Both the position numbers and the translations under genes were made by a program. Source: a bacterium (GTDB taxonomy: Bacteria; Bdellovibrionota; UBA2428). From it: DNA of 64,000 nucleotides. The stretch is from positions 11,262 through 75,261 of the forward strand of contig JAACVK010000030.1 in NCBI GenBank assembly GCA_009991595.1. The letters are read 5' to 3'. Under the pieces are notes generated by a model. It was not told where the DNA came from and did not search any database. It saw only the letters and a program-made list of their open reading frames with translations. This document shows, in pieces, positions 47,205 to 55,744 of this stretch. The stretch's first letter is position 1. The number at the start of each line of letters is the position of its first letter.

Positions 47205-49145
47205 CTAACTACCCTTGGGCTTAAACAACCATGGGTAATCCACAGTCGCCGTCGACCCTCCTCTTGGTGAAGGGAAAGTCCAAGTCCTCAATCTTGCTTT
47301 GATACAATTCACGAGAGCACTGCTACCAGTCGTATTTTGCGCTGTCGAAACCGCCGTAGCTTTGCCACCTCCGATGATTGTCCATTGCAGCTTGATCTTT
47401 CCGAAGACACTTGGATTTCGCTGCAGCTCTGCTTGATAGCAAGCTTTGATTTCGTTGATGTGGGCACGAATCACCCTCTCAATCTCTTCGCGAGTAAGAG
47501 AACCAACCACGGACACTCCCACACTTTCAGAAGAAACATCGGCCTCACCTTTACCAGGAAGAGATCCAACACCATCACCCTTGGCACCGCCACCAAAACC
47601 TTGAGTCCCTAAACCGCCCACACCAACAGCTTTTCCACCGCCGCCTTGAGCCGCACCTTGTAGTCCAGAGCCACCACTACCGCGAGCGCTTCGAATTCCT
47701 CCACCACCAGTGCCTTGCAAAGCTTTATCCAAGGAATCTTGTCCAGCAGCTCCAGCATCTCCGGTGGCTTTCGCCACTCTTGCACCAATGCCACTGTTCT
47801 TTAAGCTCTCAAGCAAGGTTTGCTTCTTTATAGGCTTCCTTTGAACAGACTTCGTCTTTACTGGTCGAGTAGCTTTCTTTGGAGCATCTTGCGTTTTTGT
47901 TTTCGCAATTTTTGGTCGATTCGTAATGCCAGTGGCGGCCTTCGCGGTTTTCTCACCTCGCTTGCCCTCTGTTCCGGCTTCCTTAGCTCCTTGAGCCTCG
48001 TTACCACCTTTTTGTGGCTTAGGAGTTACTTTCTGGGCGTTCTCCGCACCAGACTTTTCCTCACTGACTTCAACCTTCTTCTCGGCCTTCTTTTTATAAG
48101 CTTCTACAATAATTTTACGATACTTCTCAGGAAACTCTTTCACCTGCCCTTCTATGGGAGCCCTCATCAGCAATCCAAACACACCCAAGGCACAGGCCAT
48201 TAGAATAGCAATCGCAAGGGAACCCCAATAGAGTTTTCCTTGATCGAAAAGAGGCGCTCTTGGAATACGCGGAGGCTCGGGAACAAACATAATAAAGAAG
48301 TTCACAGAACCAACCTGAATCTTAGCGATGTCAGAACCACTCAAGTTCACACTACTTTGGCCAATTTTAGCTAAGTCAGCTCCCGTATACATGTTTCCCT
48401 GATGCCGAACCGAAGCCTTCATCACAGGGTGCAAATGCAAAGTCGCTAAATTGTTTTTCAATTCAACAAAAAGAAATTTGTTAGGGAACTCCGTAACAGG
48501 AACAATATAGTCCGATTCAATCCCATCGCCGATGTATATACTCTTACTATCTTTTTTATAATGCTCGACCGCAAGAACAGCTTCTTCCCAATAAACAGTC
48601 AATTCCATTTCTTCGTGAGGCTTACTGGTAGGATCGAGCGCTCCTCTTGTGCGAGCCGTTTCCTTTAAAGAACGAATAACGGTGGCTTCTCGAGGTGTCT
48701 GAACAGACACAGAACCTTGAGGGTCCAGTGCAACTTGAGACGACGAAGCCCCCTCAAAGGGCGCTCTTTCAACGCTAGCTCTTGGAGCCACAATGCTTGG
48801 GTCTTTCGGCTTAGGAACAGCGGTTAACGTAGGGTAAACCTCGTATTCAAGATTAACTTCAATGTCGGCAAGCTTAAGCGAGTCTCCCGCTTTTAAAATT
48901 CGCTCAACAACCCGGTCTCCATTTACAAATGTTCCATGAGTAGAAGCTAGATCTGTGATTCGATAGTGACCATCTTCTAAATTCTCAATTAATGCGTGGA
49001 TTCGAGAAACCCTCATACTTGGTATGCGAAGATCTGCAGAAAGAATTCGACCCAAGATAATCTTATCTTGTTGAAACTGCTTTTTAACCAACTGCTTGCC
49101 ATTTTCAATAACGGTGATGGTGATGCTTGGGGTGATTTTGCTCAT
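47205..49145 (-). CDS. gltG: Adventurous gliding motility protein GltG-like (FHA, TM, Gly-rich linker, TonB_C-like)
   Basis: FHA (LGR, VSRIHA, DLASTHGTFVNG), one TM, Lys/Gly-rich linker, and GSL.REEIERVIR....IKACY..EL...P...G...W.FP.P.GG. Confidence 0.85.
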   Translation of the reverse strand: MSKITPSITITVIENGKQLVKKQFQQDKIILGRILSADLRIPSMRVSRIHALIENLEDGHYRITDLASTHGTFVNGDRVVERILKAGDSLKLADIEVNLEYEVYPTLTAVPKPKDPSIVAPRASVERAPFEGASSSQVALDPQGSVSVQTPREATVIRSLKETARTRGALDPTSKPHEEMELTVYWEEAVLAVEHYKKDSKSIYIGDGIESDYIVPVTEFPNKFLFVELKNNLATLHLHPVMKASVRHQGNMYTGADLAKIGQSSVNLSGSDIAKIQVGSVNFFIMFVPEPPRIPRAPLFDQGKLYWGSLAIAILMACALGVFGLLMRAPIEGQVKEFPEKYRKIIVEAYKKKAEKKVEVSEEKSGAENAQKVTPKPQKGGNEAQGAKEAGTEGKRGEKTAKAATGITNRPKIAKTKTQDAPKKATRPVKTKSVQRKPIKKQTLLESLKNSGIGARVAKATGDAGAAGQDSLDKALQGTGGGGIRSARGSGGSGLQGAAQGGGGKAVGVGGLGTQGFGGGAKGDGVGSLPGKGEADVSSESVGVSVVGSLTREEIERVIRAHINEIKACYQAELQRNPSVFGKIKLQWTIIGGGKATAVSTAQNTTGSSALVNCIKARLRTWTFPSPRGGSTATVDYPWLFKPKGS

Positions 49146-49148
49146 TTC

Positions 49149-49457
49149 TTATTTTCCTTCAAATCCAGCCGTAGCCAGGCTTTCGACTCTGTAAGATCTT
49201 CTTTCTGGAATTAAGTTCACATTTCTTCGAGAGGGTCGTTGCCCCAAAACACCCTGCGTAGGGGTATAAGGCTGCCCTTTTACGTCGGTCCCCGAAAAAG
49301 AAAAGTATTGTTTCTTAGGAATCTTTACAATCCCGTCCTTGGTCTTTCTCACAATCCAACCTTCTTCTCTGTTAGCACCACTTTTATAACGATCACTTTG
49401 CGCAGACACCATCCAAGAAGAGCCCAACAAAACCCCAAGAAGAAAAACTACTCTCAT
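49149..49457 (-). CDS. gltF: Small exported gliding protein GltF/CglF-like
   Basis: Signal peptide; KK..F.F....V.G....P........R......LI..R..Y pattern resembles CglF; lies directly before gltG. Confidence 0.7.
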   Translation of the reverse strand: MRVVFLLGVLLGSSWMVSAQSDRYKSGANREEGWIVRKTKDGIVKIPKKQYFSFSGTDVKGQPYTPTQGVLGQRPSRRNVNLIPERRSYRVESLATAGFEGK

Positions 49458-52400
49458 TTTTTACTCCATTCTGAAATTAATCGCCTTGAAAGGTGATTCA
49501 TAGGCGGATTAAAACGGCTAACAAAGGCCTTCATACTTTCGGTAGCCTCTTTGAACTTAGCGGCCTCGGCGAAGGCGAGTGAGCGATTAAAGTAGGCAGA
49601 TGAATTGTTTTCATTCTTAGAAATGGATCGATCAAAGTTCTCGGTGGCATCTTCAAACTTCTTTCGTCCAACTAGAGCTAGACCTCTCATCTCAGCAACC
49701 TGAGAGTCGTTTTCATCCATACTAGACAACACATTCCATGCACCATCTACATCGCCAACTTGTAGGCGAATCGCAGCCAAGTTCTTCATGGCGGCGGTTC
49801 TCACTCCAGAAAGTTCAGAATCCGATCTATTTGCAATGGAAGAAAACTCATTTTCAGCTGCTTGGCCATTGCCTAAATTCCAGTCCAACAAGGCAGACAT
49901 ATTTTCAATGTAAGCAATTTCCTTTTGATCCTTAGGTGGCTTCGCACCATCCATTAGATCGACACCTAAAAGAAAGACTCCTTCATTATTCTTTTCAAAA
50001 GCTTGAGAAAGAACAACCATCAGAGAACGCTCATGTTTAGAATTATCCAAAGGAATCCAACGAGGCGTTCCAACCAGATAGTCTTTCAAAATAACTTCAT
50101 CAGGGTTAATCGCCGCAAGATCGCCTCGACAAGAAGTCAATCCATCTCCAGCAATCTTGAATTCAACCGCCTTCTCAAAGCACTTACGAAGAAGAGTTAA
50201 ACCCTTCTCACGTAAAGGCTTCGCATAGTTATCTTCCAAGATTTGCTTAGATTCTTTGTCTTGAGACTTAGCAATCTCTTGGGCGAAGTCGCGGTAAAGA
50301 GATGAAATTCTCTGCAGGCTTCGTAGCGCATATTCACCGTCACCGTAAGAAACTACCTTCAGATACTCTTTCTCTAGCCCCTCGAGCGAAGCAAGCTTTC
50401 GCTTCAGTGACGTTACAAAACGAGCAGGATTAAAATCCAAACGAACTCTAGAGTAAGAAGCAAAAGAAGGCTCGGTCAGAGAGAACTGCGCATTGGCCAA
50501 AGCTTGCTTCAACAACGCTGTATTGGCTCTTGCTGGGGAATTCTTACTCACCATCGACTTCATATAAGAAGATTTTCCAGTTCTGATATAAATAACCGTT
50601 TCGGCTTCAGCTAACAAAGCCCGTTCAGAAGCAGACAACCTAGGTAGTTTCTTAAGGTTATTCAAATCCTGGAGATTAGCACCATTCCTGAAAGCTAAGA
50701 GACTTACAATAAACTCTCTGTTCTTAGAGTTAGGATACTTTTTCAAGTGACCCCAAGCCTGATTGAGCAAAGTTTTAGAAGCACTCTTTCGGGGCTTAAA
50801 CTCCTTCAATACGACGTTTTCAAAATGGGCTTGAATATAGAGAATGTTCCATTCCGCGGTCTCACGAGCCTCTTTATCAGACTTGTAAGTCGCTAAGAAT
50901 TTCTGATAACGTCTTTGGGCATCTCTAAACTGGCCCTTCTCGATCGCTTCATCGGCATCCTTTAGATAGACGTTCTTAGCAAAGTCAGACTTGGGAAAAG
51001 CAGCCAAAAGCGCCGCACTCGCCTTCTGCTCCAACTCTTTATTACCCGATTTCTGAGCGAAGACATGAGCATTGTTTAATGCCTTTTCCTTCAAATCTAC
51101 TGGGAAGCTATTAGCCGCCTCAAGAAAAGCTTCGGACTTGCGTTCCTGATCGCCTGAAGAGGCTTCTGGCATCTTTTCCAACTTTTTAAAACGAGCGTTG
51201 TTAACAATGCCATTTAACTTAGCAACAAAGGTAGGACCACCTGCCTTAACAAGAGCTTCGTTCTTTCTATAAGAATCTGCAGTGTCGACAACTTTATCCA
51301 GGTCACCATTCCTCTCGTGAATAAACAGAACTCGCTCGGCAGCCTCAACCCCCTTGGTAGTTCCTGGAAACTTTTGAACAACATTCTCAAGAGTCCCTAA
51401 AGCAGCCGCATAGGACCCACTCTGAAATGCCTCGAAGGCTCCTGCATACAAAAGGTCGCCAGCACGTTTGTCATTAGGATATTCTTTAACAAACTCCTCG
51501 GTTGCGGCGATCATATCTTTCGAATATTTTTTATCCTTCTTCGCAGCTTCTCGATAAGCCAGTATTCGATTATAGGCTGCCACAGTTTCATACTTGCCTT
51601 TACCAATCTCGGTATAGGCCTCTGCAGCTTGAGGAAATCGCCCCAACTTATAAAGAAGTTCTGCGTAGAAAAAACGCATTTCATGAATATTAGCGTCGGT
51701 ATCGGGATTCGGCTTTGGGACACTCTTAAAATAGACCTGATACAGAGGTAGAGATGCTAGATAAAGTGAATTTCCCTTACGACGTTGTGCTAGATTATGC
51801 AGGTTCTTAGCTTCGCGACGAGAAAGATCGACGAGTTCTTTCACTAAGGCTTTCTTTTCTTCACTAGACATTTTCTGCCTGGATAGCCACTTTGAGTCTT
51901 CGCCATAATTGACAAAAATGGAATCTAAAGCTTTTGCATAGTCGCTTAATTTTCCAAACTTACGTAAAAGATCGGCTTGCTCCAAAGCAATGTCTCGAGC
52001 ATCAGGAGCATAAGGATCCGTTTTAATAAGCGCACCAAAGAAGTATTGTGCCACTCTATAGTGACCTTTATCTTTAGCCACTTGAGCTGCTGTCTGCTGA
52101 TACAGCTTTAACATTTCTTTGTCGCCACGGTCTTTGAAGTAGGATTCCCCTGTAGAATACTTGCCGGCCATGGCATAGGCTCGGGTTAAGTCCGCAAGAG
52201 CTTCTTGTTCAAAGAGAATCTTCTTTTTACTTTTTGATCCAGAAGACTCTTCAATTGTTCTTCTAAAGGCCTGAATAGACTTGTTGTAACTTTGTAAATT
52301 AAAATAACTCCAAGCAGTCTTGTAGAGTGCATATATTTTTACATCCGCAGCGTTTTCATCTTTCTGCTTGTCGGAATCACGAACCACGATCAAATACTCT

Positions 52401-53143
52401 GGGAGTGCGTTTCTAAATTTACCTTCTTCAAAGTAGAGATCTGCTAGATTAAGTCGGGCTTGGTAGGTTCTTTGACTTTTAGGAAACTTACGAGTCAGCT
52501 CATAAAAGTGAGGAATAGCTTGTTTCTTCTTATTTAGCTCCATATAAGTAGAAGCCAAGTAAAAGAGGACGTCATCCCGTCGAATCATCTGAGATCGACC
52601 TTGGTCCCGCCCACGACTCGCTTTTTCCAAACTCAGGTAAAGTCCCAAAGTCTTCTGCCTAAAACGATCAGCCTTAGGAGTTCGCAACTCTGGGCGCTTA
52701 TACTTAGCCTTCTCTTCAGGCTTAAGCCCCTCCCATTGCTGAAGCTTTCGCTCCCAATCACTTGATTCCCGCGCAGCAATAATCTGCGACTGATCGTAAT
52801 ACAACTCAGCCAAACGCATCTTTAGTTCACCTAAACGCTTTGCCTGTCTTTCTCTTTTTATAAGAACTTCGATTTTCCCTATAAGCTCTGCCGTTTTTTG
52901 GTTAGCTCGCATGCGACGAGCATTATCCAAATCTAGATCTTCAGAGAAGATATTCGGATTTTTCTTATAGGTAATACTCTTACTGATAATAACCGGCCGC
53001 CTTGAGATAGTAACAGACTCACGGCCAATTCTAGACTCACCCTTTGCTTCTTTAGGAATGTTCCACTCTCTAGTTTGAGCAGCACTCCCATTCACACTAC
53101 CAATCACTATAGCCAATACTAAATGTCTAGATAAACTCTTCAT
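49454..53143 (-). CDS. gltD: TPR gliding protein GltD/AgmU-like with an extra C-terminal TPR block
   Basis: Signal peptide; MRLAELY, YALYKTAWSYFNL, F.YAELLY and AAYN..LAY TPR pattern; position between gltC and gltF. Confidence 0.8.
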   Translation of the reverse strand: MKSLSRHLVLAIVIGSVNGSAAQTREWNIPKEAKGESRIGRESVTISRRPVIISKSITYKKNPNIFSEDLDLDNARRMRANQKTAELIGKIEVLIKRERQAKRLGELKMRLAELYYDQSQIIAARESSDWERKLQQWEGLKPEEKAKYKRPELRTPKADRFRQKTLGLYLSLEKASRGRDQGRSQMIRRDDVLFYLASTYMELNKKKQAIPHFYELTRKFPKSQRTYQARLNLADLYFEEGKFRNALPEYLIVVRDSDKQKDENAADVKIYALYKTAWSYFNLQSYNKSIQAFRRTIEESSGSKSKKKILFEQEALADLTRAYAMAGKYSTGESYFKDRGDKEMLKLYQQTAAQVAKDKGHYRVAQYFFGALIKTDPYAPDARDIALEQADLLRKFGKLSDYAKALDSIFVNYGEDSKWLSRQKMSSEEKKALVKELVDLSRREAKNLHNLAQRRKGNSLYLASLPLYQVYFKSVPKPNPDTDANIHEMRFFYAELLYKLGRFPQAAEAYTEIGKGKYETVAAYNRILAYREAAKKDKKYSKDMIAATEEFVKEYPNDKRAGDLLYAGAFEAFQSGSYAAALGTLENVVQKFPGTTKGVEAAERVLFIHERNGDLDKVVDTADSYRKNEALVKAGGPTFVAKLNGIVNNARFKKLEKMPEASSGDQERKSEAFLEAANSFPVDLKEKALNNAHVFAQKSGNKELEQKASAALLAAFPKSDFAKNVYLKDADEAIEKGQFRDAQRRYQKFLATYKSDKEARETAEWNILYIQAHFENVVLKEFKPRKSASKTLLNQAWGHLKKYPNSKNREFIVSLLAFRNGANLQDLNNLKKLPRLSASERALLAEAETVIYIRTGKSSYMKSMVSKNSPARANTALLKQALANAQFSLTEPSFASYSRVRLDFNPARFVTSLKRKLASLEGLEKEYLKVVSYGDGEYALRSLQRISSLYRDFAQEIAKSQDKESKQILEDNYAKPLREKGLTLLRKCFEKAVEFKIAGDGLTSCRGDLAAINPDEVILKDYLVGTPRWIPLDNSKHERSLMVVLSQAFEKNNEGVFLLGVDLMDGAKPPKDQKEIAYIENMSALLDWNLGNGQAAENEFSSIANRSDSELSGVRTAAMKNLAAIRLQVGDVDGAWNVLSSMDENDSQVAEMRGLALVGRKKFEDATENFDRSISKNENNSSAYFNRSLAFAEAAKFKEATESMKAFVSRFNPPMNHLSRRLISEWSKK

Positions 53144-54594
53144 TAGCGCCCCTCACAAACGTCAGACGTCGCAAACGCGTAGCTCCCTGTTTCGTCTCGC
53201 CAGAACTCACCTTCGAAAGGCCAAAATTCAAATCCTTTTTTGACTTCACGATCAAAGTCAATTTCCTTCCGTTGAGGTGTCTTACCACTCAATAGTCGAT
53301 CCCTAATACGAGTGTTCACTTCAACATCAACGGCCAAGGCGCCTTCAAGCGCTTCCCGAGTTTCCATACTCATATGATTTAAGAAGCGGCCAACAAAACG
53401 CGACGCCCTTCTATAGTATTCAGAATTCGCACTTTTAAGGGCCCCCAGATAAGCATTTCGAATGCTCGAAAACTGACCCCCATTTAGATTCTGCTCAACC
53501 CAAGCTTTCTCTTGAGCAACTAAAGTCAAACTCTGATCTAGATCTGCTATAACCTGCTCTGTAAGCAGTCCATCGACAATGAGATCCCAGTCGCTTTGAG
53601 GAATTCCTCTTTGGCTAGCAGTCTTCCCTCGAGCATAACCTCCAAGGATATTCATCAATTGAACCGGATTCTTCGAGTAAGAGGAAAATCGCGATATAGA
53701 AGAAGACAAAGTGCGATACTTATTGCGAAGTTTATTGATCGAGCGCTGGGAAGACTCATAATAGCAAAGTCGATAAAGAACGGCTGATTCTAGAAGAAAA
53801 CTTTCTGGATTGAATTTTTTTGCTAGATAGGGAGAATGAGTATTCATCAAGATCCCTAGGGCGAGGTTATAGTCCTTTAAGTAGTATGCAGACCAAGCAC
53901 CCACCATCTGCCCTTGATACCAAGAAGCTGAGGTTTTAGGCAAGTAGAGTAACTCATCCAAGACATCGGAATATCTCTTGGCATCGAATAACAACCTTGC
54001 CCTTTGTAGACGGATGACACCGAGGTCAAAATTAATACCCTTTTGATATTCAGCACCGAGAAGATTCATAGAAGCATCATATCGACCCATGGCCAAATGA
54101 ATTCCCGCCCCTCCCAACAAAGCACGATAACTGGGTGCCGCTGGAGGCAAAGCAAGTAGACGATTGTTTGCCGGAAGTGCAGAGGACGCCGCCCTTAAGT
54201 TTCCTTGGTTCAAACGCCCAATCGCATAGGCTGCCTGCAAAGGAACGGGAGCTCTATTGACTCGAGAAGCACTCAACCCCAACACCGGGTTAAAGCGACC
54301 AATCAAGAGGCTCAAATTTCCCAGTTTTCCATCGTTATTTTGGTCACGGCGAAAAGAAGACAAGCGCGCTCGCTCTTGAATGGCTAAATGATACAAACCT
54401 AAGCGCTCAAGCAAACTGGCGCGAAAAGATATCTCCCTAGGACTTCTTGAACTACTTCCTCTAGGCGAGGAAACAAAAGTCTTGAAGGCACCCGCCATGT
54501 CCTTTTTTGCGATCTGTTTTTTTAGTTCGGCAGTATTCTGAGCAGAAGCACTCAAAGCCAGAATAGACAAAGTTAATAATGATAACTTTTTCAT
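53143..54594 (-). CDS. gltC: Gliding protein GltC-like
   Basis: ALG.L...HSPY, PES.LL....Y..LC.Y and the terminal WPFEGEFWRDE.G.Y......C typical of GltC. Confidence 0.82.
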   Translation of the reverse strand: MKKLSLLTLSILALSASAQNTAELKKQIAKKDMAGAFKTFVSSPRGSSSRSPREISFRASLLERLGLYHLAIQERARLSSFRRDQNNDGKLGNLSLLIGRFNPVLGLSASRVNRAPVPLQAAYAIGRLNQGNLRAASSALPANNRLLALPPAAPSYRALLGGAGIHLAMGRYDASMNLLGAEYQKGINFDLGVIRLQRARLLFDAKRYSDVLDELLYLPKTSASWYQGQMVGAWSAYYLKDYNLALGILMNTHSPYLAKKFNPESFLLESAVLYRLCYYESSQRSINKLRNKYRTLSSSISRFSSYSKNPVQLMNILGGYARGKTASQRGIPQSDWDLIVDGLLTEQVIADLDQSLTLVAQEKAWVEQNLNGGQFSSIRNAYLGALKSANSEYYRRASRFVGRFLNHMSMETREALEGALAVDVEVNTRIRDRLLSGKTPQRKEIDFDREVKKGFEFWPFEGEFWRDETGSYAFATSDVCEGR

Positions 54595-55484
54595 CGATCT
54601 TCTCCTCCTAGCAAGAAGGCGGCACCGACTAAAATATTCACTCGGTGATCAGAGGCATTGTCGAAGTCATAGTAATCTCTAACTTCCGTCTTCAACATTG
54701 CGCGAGGGTTAAGAAAGATTCGAATTCCTCCGCCCCCCATCACCATGGCCGATCCACCATTTTCGAATTTAGTGTAACCGCCGCCAAGGAGCATATAACC
54801 CTCGAAATGATATATGCTCTCGATCGTTGCCGCCTTAGACTTAAACGGAGCCCACTGAAGCGATGCCCCCGCACTCAAAACTGGCTCCACACGTTCGGTC
54901 TCCAATCGAGCATTCTTCAAAAGATTCTCAGAAAGTCCGGTCTTAATATTTGTGGTGGCTGTCAGATGCAAAGCTTCAATGCCGAAAGACTCCGAAAAAT
55001 TGTAAATGTAAGAGAAGCCAAGCTGCAGCTGCTTACGGAAACTATCCGCAGGCTGAACACCGAGCACCAAGGGAGTAAGTTCATGGGTGTTACGCTTTCG
55101 AATGTAACGATGTTGAACAACAAAGATATGTTCAAACGGAATTTGTCGAGGACCTCGAACGATTTCATCGACTTCTTCAAGAGCCGATTCTTTCGCTTTT
55201 ATTTCTTCGAACTCAAGTTCATCTTGAGAAGGCTTCGTTCGCTCTTCAATCTCCGTTTTACGGGGAAGAGAGGCACTCTCCTCGGATTCAGTGCTTGCTC
55301 CACTACCCTCCCACTCGGGAGCTTCAGAAGAAGCGGAGGATGAATTGTAAGAAGGCGTCGACGTGCCGCCTTGAAGAATCTCACGCTCCAACTCCTCCAA
55401 AGACTGTGCCTGACCGTTAAAAGCCACACCGAATGCAAAAAAATAAAAAAGTGCAGTTTTGATGCTAACCCCAAATAAATTCAA
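54591..55484 (-). CDS. Outer-membrane beta-barrel gliding protein GltA/GltB-like
   Basis: Signal peptide, acidic linker, VVQHRYIRKR..HELTP, WAPF..K and G.G.RIF.....K.EVRD alternating beta strands; heads the glt cluster. Confidence 0.8.
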   Translation of the reverse strand: MNLFGVSIKTALFYFFAFGVAFNGQAQSLEELEREILQGGTSTPSYNSSSASSEAPEWEGSGASTESEESASLPRKTEIEERTKPSQDELEFEEIKAKESALEEVDEIVRGPRQIPFEHIFVVQHRYIRKRNTHELTPLVLGVQPADSFRKQLQLGFSYIYNFSESFGIEALHLTATTNIKTGLSENLLKNARLETERVEPVLSAGASLQWAPFKSKAATIESIYHFEGYMLLGGGYTKFENGGSAMVMGGGGIRIFLNPRAMLKTEVRDYYDFDNASDHRVNILVGAAFLLGGEDR

Positions 55485-55744
55485 AACTTCGCCCCCTATA
55501 GAATAATCTACACGGGGCTAGGCCTAAGGCGTAAGCGTAGGAGCGGCAAATATTGAACATTTCCGTGAAATCTCACGGCGTGTCAGACACCTAGAGACAA
55601 AGGCTTGGCTAACTTAAACAAGTTGAATAGGCAGCTGGATCCTCACATCGGTTAAATGGTGCAGCCGGGAGAGGAAAAGAGGAAAAAAGTGAAATTCACT
55701 TAATAAAATTGGAAACTAAGCCGATTAGAAACACTGAGAAAAAC

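Noticed and set aside
47560..47800. GC-rich CCA/CCG/CCT periodicity resembling a tandem repeat
   Set aside because: Explained by the Gly-rich linker of GltG on the minus strand.
54645..55343. 232-aa + strand ORF
   Set aside because: Entirely antisense to the gltA/B-like gene with no recognisable motifs; a shadow ORF, like the many other short antisense ORFs in the track.
55530..55670. Possible c-di-GMP-I (GEMM) riboswitch (GGCAAA...GACAAAGGC...GGCTAA...GGCAGC)
   Set aside because: Only scattered word matches; the GNRA-capped stem, GACGCAAA and pairing do not fit. An Rfam search would be needed.
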